Assembly: GCA_938036315.1 (NCBI GenBank)
Contig: CALHPK010000006.1
Location: forward strand, 111,926 to 175,925
DNA length: 64,000 nt
Direction: 5' to 3'
DNA from: an uncultured bacterium
GTDB taxonomy: Bacteria; Calescibacteriota; Calescibacteriia; Calescibacteriales; Calescibacteriaceae
Both the position numbers and the translations under genes were made by a program. This document shows positions 38,637 through 47,760 of this stretch, piece after piece. Position 1 is the stretch's first letter; every line of letters begins with the position of its first letter. The notes beneath the pieces were generated by a model. That model was not told where the DNA came from and did no database searches. It saw only the letters and a program-made list of their open reading frames with translations.

Positions 38637-39556
38637 ATTCTTATCTTAGAGAGAGATTCGGGCAGAGGGTATGGCGTATTTCTGTAGATGGTGGTTTCAC
38701 CTGCCCTGTAAGGGATGGAACAAAAGGTTGGCGTGGATGTATATTTTGCAATATAAAAAGCTTTACTCCTCCTTATGCTGAGAGGGTAAAATCGGTAAGG
38801 GAGCAGGTAAAGTTTGGCGTTGAGCTCATCAGAAAACATAAAAAAGCTCAAAAATTCGTGGTCTATTTCCAGCCATACACAAACACATACGCAGAAGTTG
38901 AAAAACTTAGAAAGCTCTACTATGATGCATTAGAAGCAGATGAAAATGTTGTAGGTTTATTTATAGGAACAAGACCTGATTGTCTGCCGAATGAAACAAT
39001 AGACCTTCTTGATGAGATAAATAAAAGGACATTCCTTGTTGTTGAATTAGGACTTCAGACTGCAAATAACAGAACTTTGGAGATCATAAAAAGAGGACAC
39101 ACTGTTGAAGATTTCGTGGAAGCAACATATAAACTTCACAAAAGAGGAATAAAGGTTCTTGCCCATGTTATAATAGGTTTGCCGGGAGATACTGTTCAAG
39201 ATTATATAAATACTGCAAAATTGTTAAATGATCTAAAGATTTTTGCTGTCAAAATTCACCCACTTCATGTGGTAAAGTTTACAGAGCTTGATTTGTGGTA
39301 CAGGGAGGGAAAATACATACCTCTTGAGTTTGATGAGTACATCAATTATGTTGTGGAGTTTATTGCTAATTTATCTCCGAGCATATATATAGCGAGACTT
39401 ACAGGGGAGGCGCCTGAGAAATTTTTAGTCGCTCCATTATGGTGCAAGGATAAATTCAGAGTTTTGGATGGAATTGCAAAGAAACTTGAAGAACTTAACA
39501 TATTTCAGGGGTCAAAAATTCAGCAGTATGAACTCAGAATACAAAAAAATTCTTGA
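38615..39556 (+). CDS. radical SAM protein, TIGR01212/YhcC family
   Basis: GFTCPVRDG...GCIFC, YFQPYTNTY, GTRPD, VELGLQT and KIHPLH. Confidence 0.9.
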   Translation: MQRYKTLNSYLRERFGQRVWRISVDGGFTCPVRDGTKGWRGCIFCNIKSFTPPYAERVKSVREQVKFGVELIRKHKKAQKFVVYFQPYTNTYAEVEKLRKLYYDALEADENVVGLFIGTRPDCLPNETIDLLDEINKRTFLVVELGLQTANNRTLEIIKRGHTVEDFVEATYKLHKRGIKVLAHVIIGLPGDTVQDYINTAKLLNDLKIFAVKIHPLHVVKFTELDLWYREGKYIPLEFDEYINYVVEFIANLSPSIYIARLTGEAPEKFLVAPLWCKDKFRVLDGIAKKLEELNIFQGSKIQQYELRIQKNS

Positions 39557-40514
39557 AAAACTTGATCAGCAAAGATTCAAGCTTGCGCAAATTCCATCAC
39601 CTATAGAATTCAGAAAGGATATATCAGCTGAGCTTGGGTTCTCTTTCTTCATAAAAAGAGATGATATACTTGGGATCTATGGCGGAAATAAGGTGAGAAA
39701 GCTTGAATTTCTGTTCAAGGATGCAATCAGGAGGAGTAAAAAACTTTTTGTTTTTGGACCAACTGGTTCTCATCATATTATCGCAAACCTCATATACGGA
39801 AAAGACATCTTCGATGGAATAACTTCTGTGGTGTTCCCAACATTTTTATACAAGGTAGGTGACACATATGTGAGGGAAAATTTTAAGATTGTGAAAAGGC
39901 TTTCTAAAAGAGTTATTTTTACACCAAATTATCTGATAGCATTCGTCATTGCGTATCTGTTATCTGTGGTTCAGAGGGGTTTTTTAGTCCCTCCTGGTTC
40001 GACTTCTCCTAGATCTTCGTTAGGATTTGTTTTGGCCTCATTTGAGATAAAAGACGCTGTGGAATCTGGACAGATTCCGGAACCTGATTTTATATTCCTG
40101 CCAGCCGGAACTTGCGGAACACTAGCTGGACTTTCTCTTGGGAATTTGATTTGTGGCCTGAGCTCAAAAGTTGTAGGGGTTAGAGTTGTTGAGAAAATCA
40201 TGTGCAATTGGTACATTGTTAGAAAGCTCATAAAGTTGACATTTACACAGATAAGAGAACTTTCACCATCTATATCCAAACTTCCTGATGATATCAACTT
40301 TGTATTGCTTGATGGTTTTATAGGAAAGGGTTATGGTTATCCTACCGAAGGAGGTCAGAGGGCTTTGGAATTTTTCGCAAGATTTGGAATAAAAGCTGAA
40401 AAAACTTACACTGCTAAAACTTTATCTGCAATTTTGGAGCTCAAACAAAAGCTAAGAAACAAAAATGTTCTTTTCTATTACACTTTAAACACAATTGAGA
40501 ATTTGAGGTTTTGA
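39528..40514 (+). CDS. D-cysteine desulfhydrase / ACC deaminase family PLP enzyme
   Basis: IKRDD, YGGNKVRKLEFL, GTCGT.AGL, GYG and TYTAK. ATG at 39528. Confidence 0.8.
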   Translation: MNSEYKKILEKLDQQRFKLAQIPSPIEFRKDISAELGFSFFIKRDDILGIYGGNKVRKLEFLFKDAIRRSKKLFVFGPTGSHHIIANLIYGKDIFDGITSVVFPTFLYKVGDTYVRENFKIVKRLSKRVIFTPNYLIAFVIAYLLSVVQRGFLVPPGSTSPRSSLGFVLASFEIKDAVESGQIPEPDFIFLPAGTCGTLAGLSLGNLICGLSSKVVGVRVVEKIMCNWYIVRKLIKLTFTQIRELSPSISKLPDDINFVLLDGFIGKGYGYPTEGGQRALEFFARFGIKAEKTYTAKTLSAILELKQKLRNKNVLFYYTLNTIENLRF

Positions 40515-40577
40515 ATTAAACTATAAATTTTTAAATTTTTCTATTTTTCTTTATACTTAAGAACTAAAATTGGAATT

Positions 40578-41429
40578 ATGCAGAAGGTAGGGATAGTCGG
40601 TCCAGGAATTATGGGAACTGGTATAGCTTACCTGTGTGCGTCATGTGGGTTTGATACGCTCTTGTGGGGAAGATCGCAGGATTCCGTGAGTAAAGGAAAA
40701 CAAAGGGTGGAGAAAATAATAGAGGGTGCTCTAAAAAGGGGAAGGCTCTCTCAGGACGAAGCGGAGAAAGTAAAAAACAAGGTGGAATACACTACCGATC
40801 TTCATCTATTAGGGGATTGCGATATCGTTATTGAATCAATAGCGGAGGATGCTGATCTAAAAAAGGAAATTATAAAAAAATTGAGTGTGATATGTAGACC
40901 TTCGATAATTCTTGCGACAAATACTTCTACAAAATCTATTACGGAACTTGCCAGTGTCTGTTCGTATCCTGAAAGGTTTATAGGGGCACACTTTTTTAAT
41001 CCTCCTTATATTATGAGGCTTGTTGAGGTTGTGAAAGCTGTACAGACATCAGATAAAGTGGTGGGAAAAACCGTTGAATTTGCGAAAAATTTGAAGAGAG
41101 TTCCGGTTGTTCTCAAAGACTATCCGGGGTTTATAGTGAACCATCTTCTTGTACCTTTTTTAAATCATGCTGTGCATATGCTAGAAGCAGGGGAATCAGC
41201 TGAAAATTTGAAAAAAGTGACAACTTTAGGGCTTGGACATCCTATGGGGCCGATAGAGCTTGCGGACTTCATAGGTCTTGATGTTGTAGAAGCGATGGGG
41301 GATACCCTGTACGAGAAATTCAAGGATCCTAAATTTAACCCTCCTATATCTATTAGGAATCTGGTGAAAGCAGGTTATTTAGGGATGAAAGCAGGCAGAG
41401 GATTGCTCAGCTACGATGAAAAAAAATAA
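40578..41429 (+). CDS. hbd: 3-hydroxybutyryl-CoA / 3-hydroxyacyl-CoA dehydrogenase
   Basis: GPGIMGTGIA, TNTST, HFFNP, PGFIVN and HPMGP..LADFIGLD. Confidence 0.9.
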   Translation: MQKVGIVGPGIMGTGIAYLCASCGFDTLLWGRSQDSVSKGKQRVEKIIEGALKRGRLSQDEAEKVKNKVEYTTDLHLLGDCDIVIESIAEDADLKKEIIKKLSVICRPSIILATNTSTKSITELASVCSYPERFIGAHFFNPPYIMRLVEVVKAVQTSDKVVGKTVEFAKNLKRVPVVLKDYPGFIVNHLLVPFLNHAVHMLEAGESAENLKKVTTLGLGHPMGPIELADFIGLDVVEAMGDTLYEKFKDPKFNPPISIRNLVKAGYLGMKAGRGLLSYDEKK

Positions 41430-41516
41430 TTCTGAAAATCCTGAAAAACTCTTCCGACATAGCAAAAGTGTTTATCTATCTTATACTTACTTATTTCCTG
41501 AGGAGGGAATATTATT

Positions 41517-42704
41517 ATGGCTAAGTTAAAGTTTGAAAGGAAGAAACCTCACTTAAATGTGGGAACGATAGGGCATGTTGATCATGGCAAAACAACTCTT
41601 ACATCGGCTATAACATATGTGCTGTCTAAAAAAGGGTTTGCTCAATTTTTGGCCTATGAGCAAATAGACAAAGCACCAGAAGAAAAAGCAAGGGGACTCA
41701 CAATAAATATATCTCATGTTGAGTATGAAACAGATAAAAGACACTATGCTCATATAGATTGTCCAGGGCATGCTGACTATGTGAAAAATATGATAACTGG
41801 AGCTGCTCAGATGGATGGTGCTATCTTAGTTGTTGCTGCTACAGATGGTGTTATGCCACAAACAAGGGAGCATGTTCTCCTTGCAAGACAGGTTAACGTC
41901 GGGCATCTTATTGTATTTATAAATAAGGTCGATGCTGTTGATGACCCGGAACTTGTAGATCTTGTAGAGGCAGAAGTTAGAGATCTTCTGAAAAAATACG
42001 GTTTCCCCGGTGATCAGATCCCAGTGATAAGAGGTAGTGCTCTGAAAGCTCTTCAAGATGATCCGGAAGCTATAAAATCTATTGAGAAGCTCCTTGAAAC
42101 TATTGACGAGTATATTCCTGATCCTATAAGGGAGGCCGATAAACCATTCCTTATGCCAATTGAAGACGTTTTCCTCATACAGGGTAGGGGAACTGTTGCT
42201 ACCGGAAGGGTTGAGAGAGGAACGTTAAAGCCGGGGGAAGAAGTTGAGATAGTCGGTGGATCAGATAGACCAATAAAGACTGTTGCAGTATCTATTGAGA
42301 TGTTCAGAAAGATTTTAGATGAAGCTCTGCCAGGTGATAATGTTGGTATACTCCTGCGAGGACTATCGAAAGATGAAGTATGGCGTGGTCAGGTTATTGC
42401 AAAGCCCGGTTCGATAAAGCCTCATAAAAAGTTCAACGCCCAGGTTTATGTTCTCACTAAGGAGGAGGGTGGAAGACATACTCCATTTTATTCGCATTAT
42501 AAACCTCAATTTTACATAAGAACCGCTGATATTACGGGAGAGATTACTCTTCCAAGCGGGGTCGAGATGGTTATGCCTGGAGATAATGTCGAGCTCACAA
42601 TTGAGCTGATTGAGTATGTTGCTATTGATGAGGGATTGAGGTTCGCTATTAGGGAAGGTGGTAGAACTGTCGGGGCAGGTGTTGTCACAAAGATTTTAGA
42701 TTGA
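41517..42704 (+). CDS. tuf: elongation factor Tu
   Basis: [21 protein letters not shown] and [10 protein letters not shown]. Confidence 0.99.
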   Translation: MAKLKFERKKPHLNVGTIGHVDHGKTTLTSAITYVLSKKGFAQFLAYEQIDKAPEEKARGLTINISHVEYETDKRHYAHIDCPGHADYVKNMITGAAQMDGAILVVAATDGVMPQTREHVLLARQVNVGHLIVFINKVDAVDDPELVDLVEAEVRDLLKKYGFPGDQIPVIRGSALKALQDDPEAIKSIEKLLETIDEYIPDPIREADKPFLMPIEDVFLIQGRGTVATGRVERGTLKPGEEVEIVGGSDRPIKTVAVSIEMFRKILDEALPGDNVGILLRGLSKDEVWRGQVIAKPGSIKPHKKFNAQVYVLTKEEGGRHTPFYSHYKPQFYIRTADITGEITLPSGVEMVMPGDNVELTIELIEYVAIDEGLRFAIREGGRTVGAGVVTKILD

Positions 42705-42722
42705 TCCTGATATCAGATAGTT

Positions 42723-42875
42723 ATGCCACGCGAAATTATTGAGCTTGAATGTTCGGAGTGTGAGCGAAGAAATTATTCCACTACCAAAAATACTAAGGTC
42801 AAGAAGGAGAAATTACAGCTCAGGAAGTTCTGTAAGTGGTGCAAGAAACATACGATACATAAGGAAGTTAAATAA
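42723..42875 (+). CDS. rpmG: 50S ribosomal protein L33 (Zn-ribbon form)
   Basis: Manual translation [23 protein letters not shown]...[18 protein letters not shown]. Lies in the tuf-rpmG-tRNA-Trp-secE-nusG order. Confidence 0.95.
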   Translation: MPREIIELECSECERRNYSTTKNTKVKKEKLQLRKFCKWCKKHTIHKEVK

Positions 42876-42923
42876 TCGAAAATTTCTAGTATATAGGATT
42901 AATGTTTATTATAAAGGGGTAGT

Positions 42924-42997
42924 AGGTCCGTAGCTCAATTTGGCAGAGCACCGGACTCCAAATCCGGAGGTTGCAGGTTCAAGTCCTGCCGGACCTG
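42924..42997 (+). tRNA. tRNA-Trp(CCA)
   Basis: Acceptor stem AGGTCCG/CGGACCT, D-arm TAGCTCAATTTGGCAGAGC, anticodon arm CCGGA-CTCCAAA-TCCGG and T-loop GGTTCAAGTCC. Followed by CCC, not CCA. Confidence 0.97.
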
Positions 42998-43009
42998 CCC
43001 CTAAGATGT

Positions 43010-43189
43010 ATGTGGAAAGTAAAGCAAATGCTCTCTGAGTCCATATCAGAGATGAAAAAGATAGATTTCCCTAATCAAGAGGCAACACGTATTACTACGA
43101 TTGCTGTCATCTTTATGATTTTTTTAGTATCTTCCATAGTAGGATTGATTGATTTTGTGTTCTCCAGAATATTCAAACTGATATTCTGA
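43010..43189 (+). CDS. secE: preprotein translocase subunit SecE
   Basis: EMKKIDFP motif and one TM segment, between tRNA-Trp and nusG. Confidence 0.88.
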   Translation: MWKVKQMLSESISEMKKIDFPNQEATRITTIAVIFMIFLVSSIVGLIDFVFSRIFKLIF

Positions 43190-43200
43190 AAAGGGGATAG

Positions 43201-43836
43201 ATGGATATGGCTGATATAGAACATACTGATGAAAATTCTTTAGATCAAGAATCTGCTCAGGAGCAGATACAAACTCAGCAGGAATCAAGCTCCAGTCCTG
43301 AAGAAGAATATAAATGGTGGATTCTCAAAGTAAAAGCTGGTAGAGAAGATTTTGTAAAAAAAGAGATAGAAAAGCTTATAGAAAAAGATGAAAGGTTAAA
43401 GGAGGTTTTTGTTCCAGAGGAGGAGGAAGAAAAATCAAAAAAGAAAACCAAGGAAGAGGAGGGTAAAATTGGTAAGAAGAAGAAAATGCTCCCCGGATAT
43501 GTATACGTCAGGATGAAGCTTGATCAGGAGGTTTGGAACGAAATAAAAGCTATCCCAGGAGTTGGATATATACTTGGAGAGAGGGGAGTTCCTTTTTCGG
43601 TTCCTTCCGATAAAATAGAGTCACTGAAGGTGAAATCGGTTTCTGGTGAGATATCAAAAATATTTAGTATATCTGTGGGGGATAGAATCAGAATAAAGGG
43701 AGGTCCATTTAAGGGGCTTTCTGGAGTGGTAGAGTATATAAGTGATGATAGGACAAAGGCAAGAGTGCTAATATCTATTTTCGGAAGACAGACTCCTTTA
43801 GTTATTGAGACAGCTCATATAGAGAAGGAGGCATAA
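43201..43836 (+). CDS. nusG: transcription elongation factor NusG
   Basis: NGN domain (PGYVYVRM) and KOW domain (GPFKGLSG, IFGRQTP). Confidence 0.95.
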   Translation: MDMADIEHTDENSLDQESAQEQIQTQQESSSSPEEEYKWWILKVKAGREDFVKKEIEKLIEKDERLKEVFVPEEEEEKSKKKTKEEEGKIGKKKKMLPGYVYVRMKLDQEVWNEIKAIPGVGYILGERGVPFSVPSDKIESLKVKSVSGEISKIFSISVGDRIRIKGGPFKGLSGVVEYISDDRTKARVLISIFGRQTPLVIETAHIEKEA

Positions 43837-43861
43837 AGTTCTTAAGAGGCATAAAGTTCTT
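43828..43861. repeat. duplication with 18-bp period spanning the nusG stop codon
   Basis: GAGGCATAAAGTTCTT at 43828 and 43846. Confidence 0.88.
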
Positions 43862-43890
43862 GATAAAAAGTGTAATTTAATTCCATAGGT

Positions 43891-45156
43891 GTGATGATAA
43901 GGTATGAAGTTTTGGGATTCCTTCACGATGTATTAGCCTTAAATTCTGTTCCATTTATTCCACTATATTTTATTCTGCTAGCATCAAAAGGGGACATTGT
44001 AAGCAGAATAAAGCGGGGGGTTCTTCCAAGATTCAATAACAATAAGATTTTTTCAGATGTGGTGATCCATTCATCATCAATAGGTGAAACCAAAAATGCT
44101 GTTCTTTTTTCTCAGATGTTACGGCGGGAATTTCCGTATGCTGTGGTTTCTCATTCAGTTTTTACAAGAACTGCTGAAGAGCTCTTTGGACCCAAAGTAG
44201 GTGCTAAGGCTATTCCACTCCCCTTTTTCATATTTATGAGAAAGTTTCTTAGTCCGTGTTTGAAGCTTCTTATCATATTTGAGAAAGATTTGTGGCCTGG
44301 GTATGTCATCGCGGCTAAAAGTCTTGGAGCCGGAGTTATTATCGTAAGTGGGAAAATATCATCAACAACTCAGAAGATCTGGAGTTATTTCCCTATTATA
44401 ACATCTATGGTAGATTGTGTATTTTCTGCAGATCCCCCTGAAAAATTCAGAGGGGCTGGATTCCCATATGTGGTTCCGTCTATAAATCTCAAAAATATTA
44501 TCTTTCTGAAAGCACAGGCGGGGGAGAAATTTGATTATAGTAAAGAAGAAGAAAAGAAAATAGTGGTAGCGGGTATATCTTTAAGGGGGAATACTGAGAT
44601 AGAATTTCTTTTGAAATTTTCCTATGAAGTTCAGCAGAGGTATGGATATAAAATTTCTGTTTTTCTTGCTCCAAGGCATAATTTTTCAGAAGCGGAAAAT
44701 TTTCTGCGCAAAAGAGCTGTCAATTTTATCAAATTTTCTGAATTTGTTAGTGGATCTGGAGAGGGGATCAGTAAAGAAAAGCTGTTTAGTTTTTCTATGC
44801 CTCATTTTATCTTGGTGGATGGATATGGTGAGGTTGAGAAGTTTTTGCCAATATGTGATTTTGCATTTGTGGGAGGAACGATCTCAAATTTCGGTGGACA
44901 CAATGCTCTTGAGCCAATTGCATTTGGTGTCCCAACAGTGGTTGGACCGCACATCTGGAATATAGAAAATCAGGATGAACTTATAAAAGAGCATGTTATA
45001 AATATTGTAAGAGCACCTTCTGAATTTGCTAAACTTGTAAAGTTGAGAAAAAAACTGAAATCATATGTATTAGAATTCTCGAAAAAAAAGAAAGAAATTA
45101 TATATGTAGAGATCAAGAAGATATTCGATTATGTTGGCAAGTACTTAATTAAATAG
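43891..45156 (+). CDS. waaA: 3-deoxy-D-manno-octulosonic acid (Kdo) transferase
   Basis: IHSSSIGE, E..LWP, APRH and FVGGT...GGHN.LEP. Confidence 0.88.
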   Translation: MMIRYEVLGFLHDVLALNSVPFIPLYFILLASKGDIVSRIKRGVLPRFNNNKIFSDVVIHSSSIGETKNAVLFSQMLRREFPYAVVSHSVFTRTAEELFGPKVGAKAIPLPFFIFMRKFLSPCLKLLIIFEKDLWPGYVIAAKSLGAGVIIVSGKISSTTQKIWSYFPIITSMVDCVFSADPPEKFRGAGFPYVVPSINLKNIIFLKAQAGEKFDYSKEEEKKIVVAGISLRGNTEIEFLLKFSYEVQQRYGYKISVFLAPRHNFSEAENFLRKRAVNFIKFSEFVSGSGEGISKEKLFSFSMPHFILVDGYGEVEKFLPICDFAFVGGTISNFGGHNALEPIAFGVPTVVGPHIWNIENQDELIKEHVINIVRAPSEFAKLVKLRKKLKSYVLEFSKKKKEIIYVEIKKIFDYVGKYLIK

Positions 45157-45289
45157 TAATATTTAGGGAATCACCTGTAATAAACAGGAAATTTTAAAAG
45201 ATTTATTAGATTGCAAAATGCAACAATACCAGAAATTCCGATTTGTATATACAGCATAACTATAGTGATTTGAATATGGGTGCGCAATA

Positions 45290-46387
45290 ATGCATCCTAT
45301 ATCACAAAAATTCGTCAAGAAAGTAGATTTAGTCATTGGTAAGCTAATCATAAGGCTGATGTCAAGAATTTTTCGCAAAAGGATATCTATTGGTAATGTA
45401 AATTCTATCTCATCAGATTCTCCAAGAATTCTTATCATAAGACCGGGTGGACTTGGAGATGCTATACTCTTGACTCCTGCGGTAAGGATGTTGATTGAAA
45501 AAATTCCATCAGCAAAAATTCACTATCTTGGTGAAAAAAGAAATATAGAAGGAGCTAAGCTTTGTTATGGTGATATTGTTGAAGAGTTTTTCTTGTATGA
45601 CAGCATCAGATTTATTCCCTTTTTGATTTTCAATATCAAAAAATATGATGTAGTTATCGACACTGAACAATCTTTCCTGCTTCCAGCTGTTGTGGCGAGA
45701 ATAGTTGGGAGGGTAGTTTTCGGCTTTGATACGACGGAGAAAAAGAAAATCTTAGATGAATCTTGTGATTATAGATTTTTTTCTTATGAGGCTTTTGAAT
45801 TTTTTAGATTATTTAGTAAGGTTGTTGAATTCATTTTGGATAAAAAAGAGAAAGTAGGTGAGCAAGGGAAGATAAATAAAGAGAGTGTAATTATTAAAAG
45901 AGAGGATGTGAGTTGGGATGACATAAGGAATTATTTGAGGATTTCTTGCGATTTTAGGGATAAGCATTTCAAGTTATCTAAAATTCTCGTTGCTCCATTT
46001 ACAACCAAGAGAGAAAAGATGTATCCTGAAATTCAGGGGCTTGTTGATATATTGAAGAGTAGATTTGGGGAGGTTGTGGAAGTTATTGGTGATAGGAAGC
46101 TTAGTATGGAGGAGGTTGCCTATAAAGTTATGAATTCAGAGATTTTTATAAGCGTTGATACTGGGATTATGCATTTTAGAATTTTTTCAGGCAGACCGTA
46201 CGTTGTGATATTTGGTCCAACAAATCATCTCAAGTGGGCTTCGGCATTTGCTACAGTTGTAAGAATGAATTTATGGTGTTCCCCTTGCTCCAAATTTGCT
46301 GAGGTTCCGCCTTGTCCAAGAGGGCAAATTTGTATGAAAATTCCGGTAGATCAGATACTTGCTCAGGTTGAAAGGCTTATGAATTGA
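45290..46387 (+). CDS. glycosyltransferase family 9 (LPS heptosyltransferase-like)
   Basis: GGLGDAIL, DTGIMH, IFGPT and CSPC...C...CM. Confidence 0.85.
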   Translation: MHPISQKFVKKVDLVIGKLIIRLMSRIFRKRISIGNVNSISSDSPRILIIRPGGLGDAILLTPAVRMLIEKIPSAKIHYLGEKRNIEGAKLCYGDIVEEFFLYDSIRFIPFLIFNIKKYDVVIDTEQSFLLPAVVARIVGRVVFGFDTTEKKKILDESCDYRFFSYEAFEFFRLFSKVVEFILDKKEKVGEQGKINKESVIIKREDVSWDDIRNYLRISCDFRDKHFKLSKILVAPFTTKREKMYPEIQGLVDILKSRFGEVVEVIGDRKLSMEEVAYKVMNSEIFISVDTGIMHFRIFSGRPYVVIFGPTNHLKWASAFATVVRMNLWCSPCSKFAEVPPCPRGQICMKIPVDQILAQVERLMN

Positions 46388-46388
46388 A

Positions 46389-47738
46389 TTATCTTTTCGC
46401 TTTTATAGTGGGTGGTAGGATTGCTTGCTTTATTCCGAATAGAGCTTTTTTTAGCTTTCTGATGGCTTGTCTTTCTAGCTGTCTTACTCTCTCTCTTGTT
46501 ATGTTCAAAATTTCACTGATCTCATCGAGGGTAGCTTCTCTGCTGTAGATTAATCCACATCTTAACTCCAAGATCTTTATTTCTCTGGGAGATAAAACTT
46601 TTTTCATAATATGTCTTATATTTTTGATTTTATTTAATTTTTCGATGCTATCCAGGACCTCATCATTTGAAAGAGAATCGGGATCTGAGATAAGATCATC
46701 TAGTTTATATCTGTCTTCATCTTGGTTTAAGTAACATGATTCAAGGACTAAGGGTTCTTTACTGATTTTCATAACAAATTCAATTTTCTCGCGAGAGATT
46801 TTCAGGATACGGGATAATTCTGAAATATGCGGTTCTCTTCCGTTTGTCTGAAAGAAATTCCTTGTCGCTTTTGTCACTTTATTTATGATTTCGACTATAT
46901 GTCCTGGTACTCTGAATGGATGAAATCCATCATTCATTGCTTTCATTATTATCTGTTGCATCCAGGGTACAGCGTAGGTTGAGAATTTTGTTCCGCGTCT
47001 CCAATCGAACTTCTCTATAGCTTTAGCGATAGCCATATTTCCTTCCTGAATAAAATCCATAAGTTCTGTGTTCTGCATATTGTACTTGCGCGCCACGGTT
47101 ACAGCTAATCTGAGATTTGATGAGAAGATAGTATTTGTTTCTTTTGTGAGTTTTTTTGATAGATCGCTTACTCTTCTGAGCACTTCTTCTGCCTTTATGA
47201 TTTCTTTATTTTTCATAGGGGATAGCGGGTCACGCCTTAGTTCATTATGATACCATTCATGTATGTGCCTTTTTACATGATGAATAAGTTCGAGAGTAAC
47301 TCCGATCTGATTTTTCAGAACTGCTATCTCTGAAAATTTTTTCTCTGCCTTTTTGTACTGTCCCATCTTCTCGAGGATTTTTGCAATTTTGTAAAGATTG
47401 ATCATCTTTGTAAGAGCAAGCTTTATCTTGCGTGCCAGTTCTATTCTCACCTTTTTATATGTCTTTTTTTCAAGATTTGCGTAGTGTGCTTTTGTGATAT
47501 CGAAAAATTCTGTAGGGATTTCTGCTGTTTCTATCATCTCATCGAGTATTCTATCGACTTCACTCCAAGCCTCTGTCAGGCTCATAAGTTCGCACAAGAT
47601 GGACACGATATATTTCTCGTTTCTTTGGAATACTTCTCTTTCGTCTTTTGGAGATAGGAGTTTTGACTTCCTAAGTTCATAAAAGTATGAAGAGAAGTAA
47701 TCTTTTCCCCCATTTAATGGAACAGGTTTTTTTGCCAT
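46389..47738 (-). CDS. RpoD-like sigma70 factor with divergent region 2.3-2.4
   Basis: Region 1.2, non-conserved region, NLRL, IQEGN, KFD..RG.KFSTYA and region 4.2 TRERVRQLE. Directly downstream of dnaG. Confidence 0.85.
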   Translation of the reverse strand: MAKKPVPLNGGKDYFSSYFYELRKSKLLSPKDEREVFQRNEKYIVSILCELMSLTEAWSEVDRILDEMIETAEIPTEFFDITKAHYANLEKKTYKKVRIELARKIKLALTKMINLYKIAKILEKMGQYKKAEKKFSEIAVLKNQIGVTLELIHHVKRHIHEWYHNELRRDPLSPMKNKEIIKAEEVLRRVSDLSKKLTKETNTIFSSNLRLAVTVARKYNMQNTELMDFIQEGNMAIAKAIEKFDWRRGTKFSTYAVPWMQQIIMKAMNDGFHPFRVPGHIVEIINKVTKATRNFFQTNGREPHISELSRILKISREKIEFVMKISKEPLVLESCYLNQDEDRYKLDDLISDPDSLSNDEVLDSIEKLNKIKNIRHIMKKVLSPREIKILELRCGLIYSREATLDEISEILNITRERVRQLERQAIRKLKKALFGIKQAILPPTIKAKR

Positions 47739-47760
47739 ACCTTTTCCCTCCTTTTATTGT

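Noticed and set aside
42739-43009. ORF 42739..42933 and the TTG start at 42971
   Set aside because: The first is an alternative frame over rpmG. The second lies inside tRNA-Trp; the secE ATG is at 43010.
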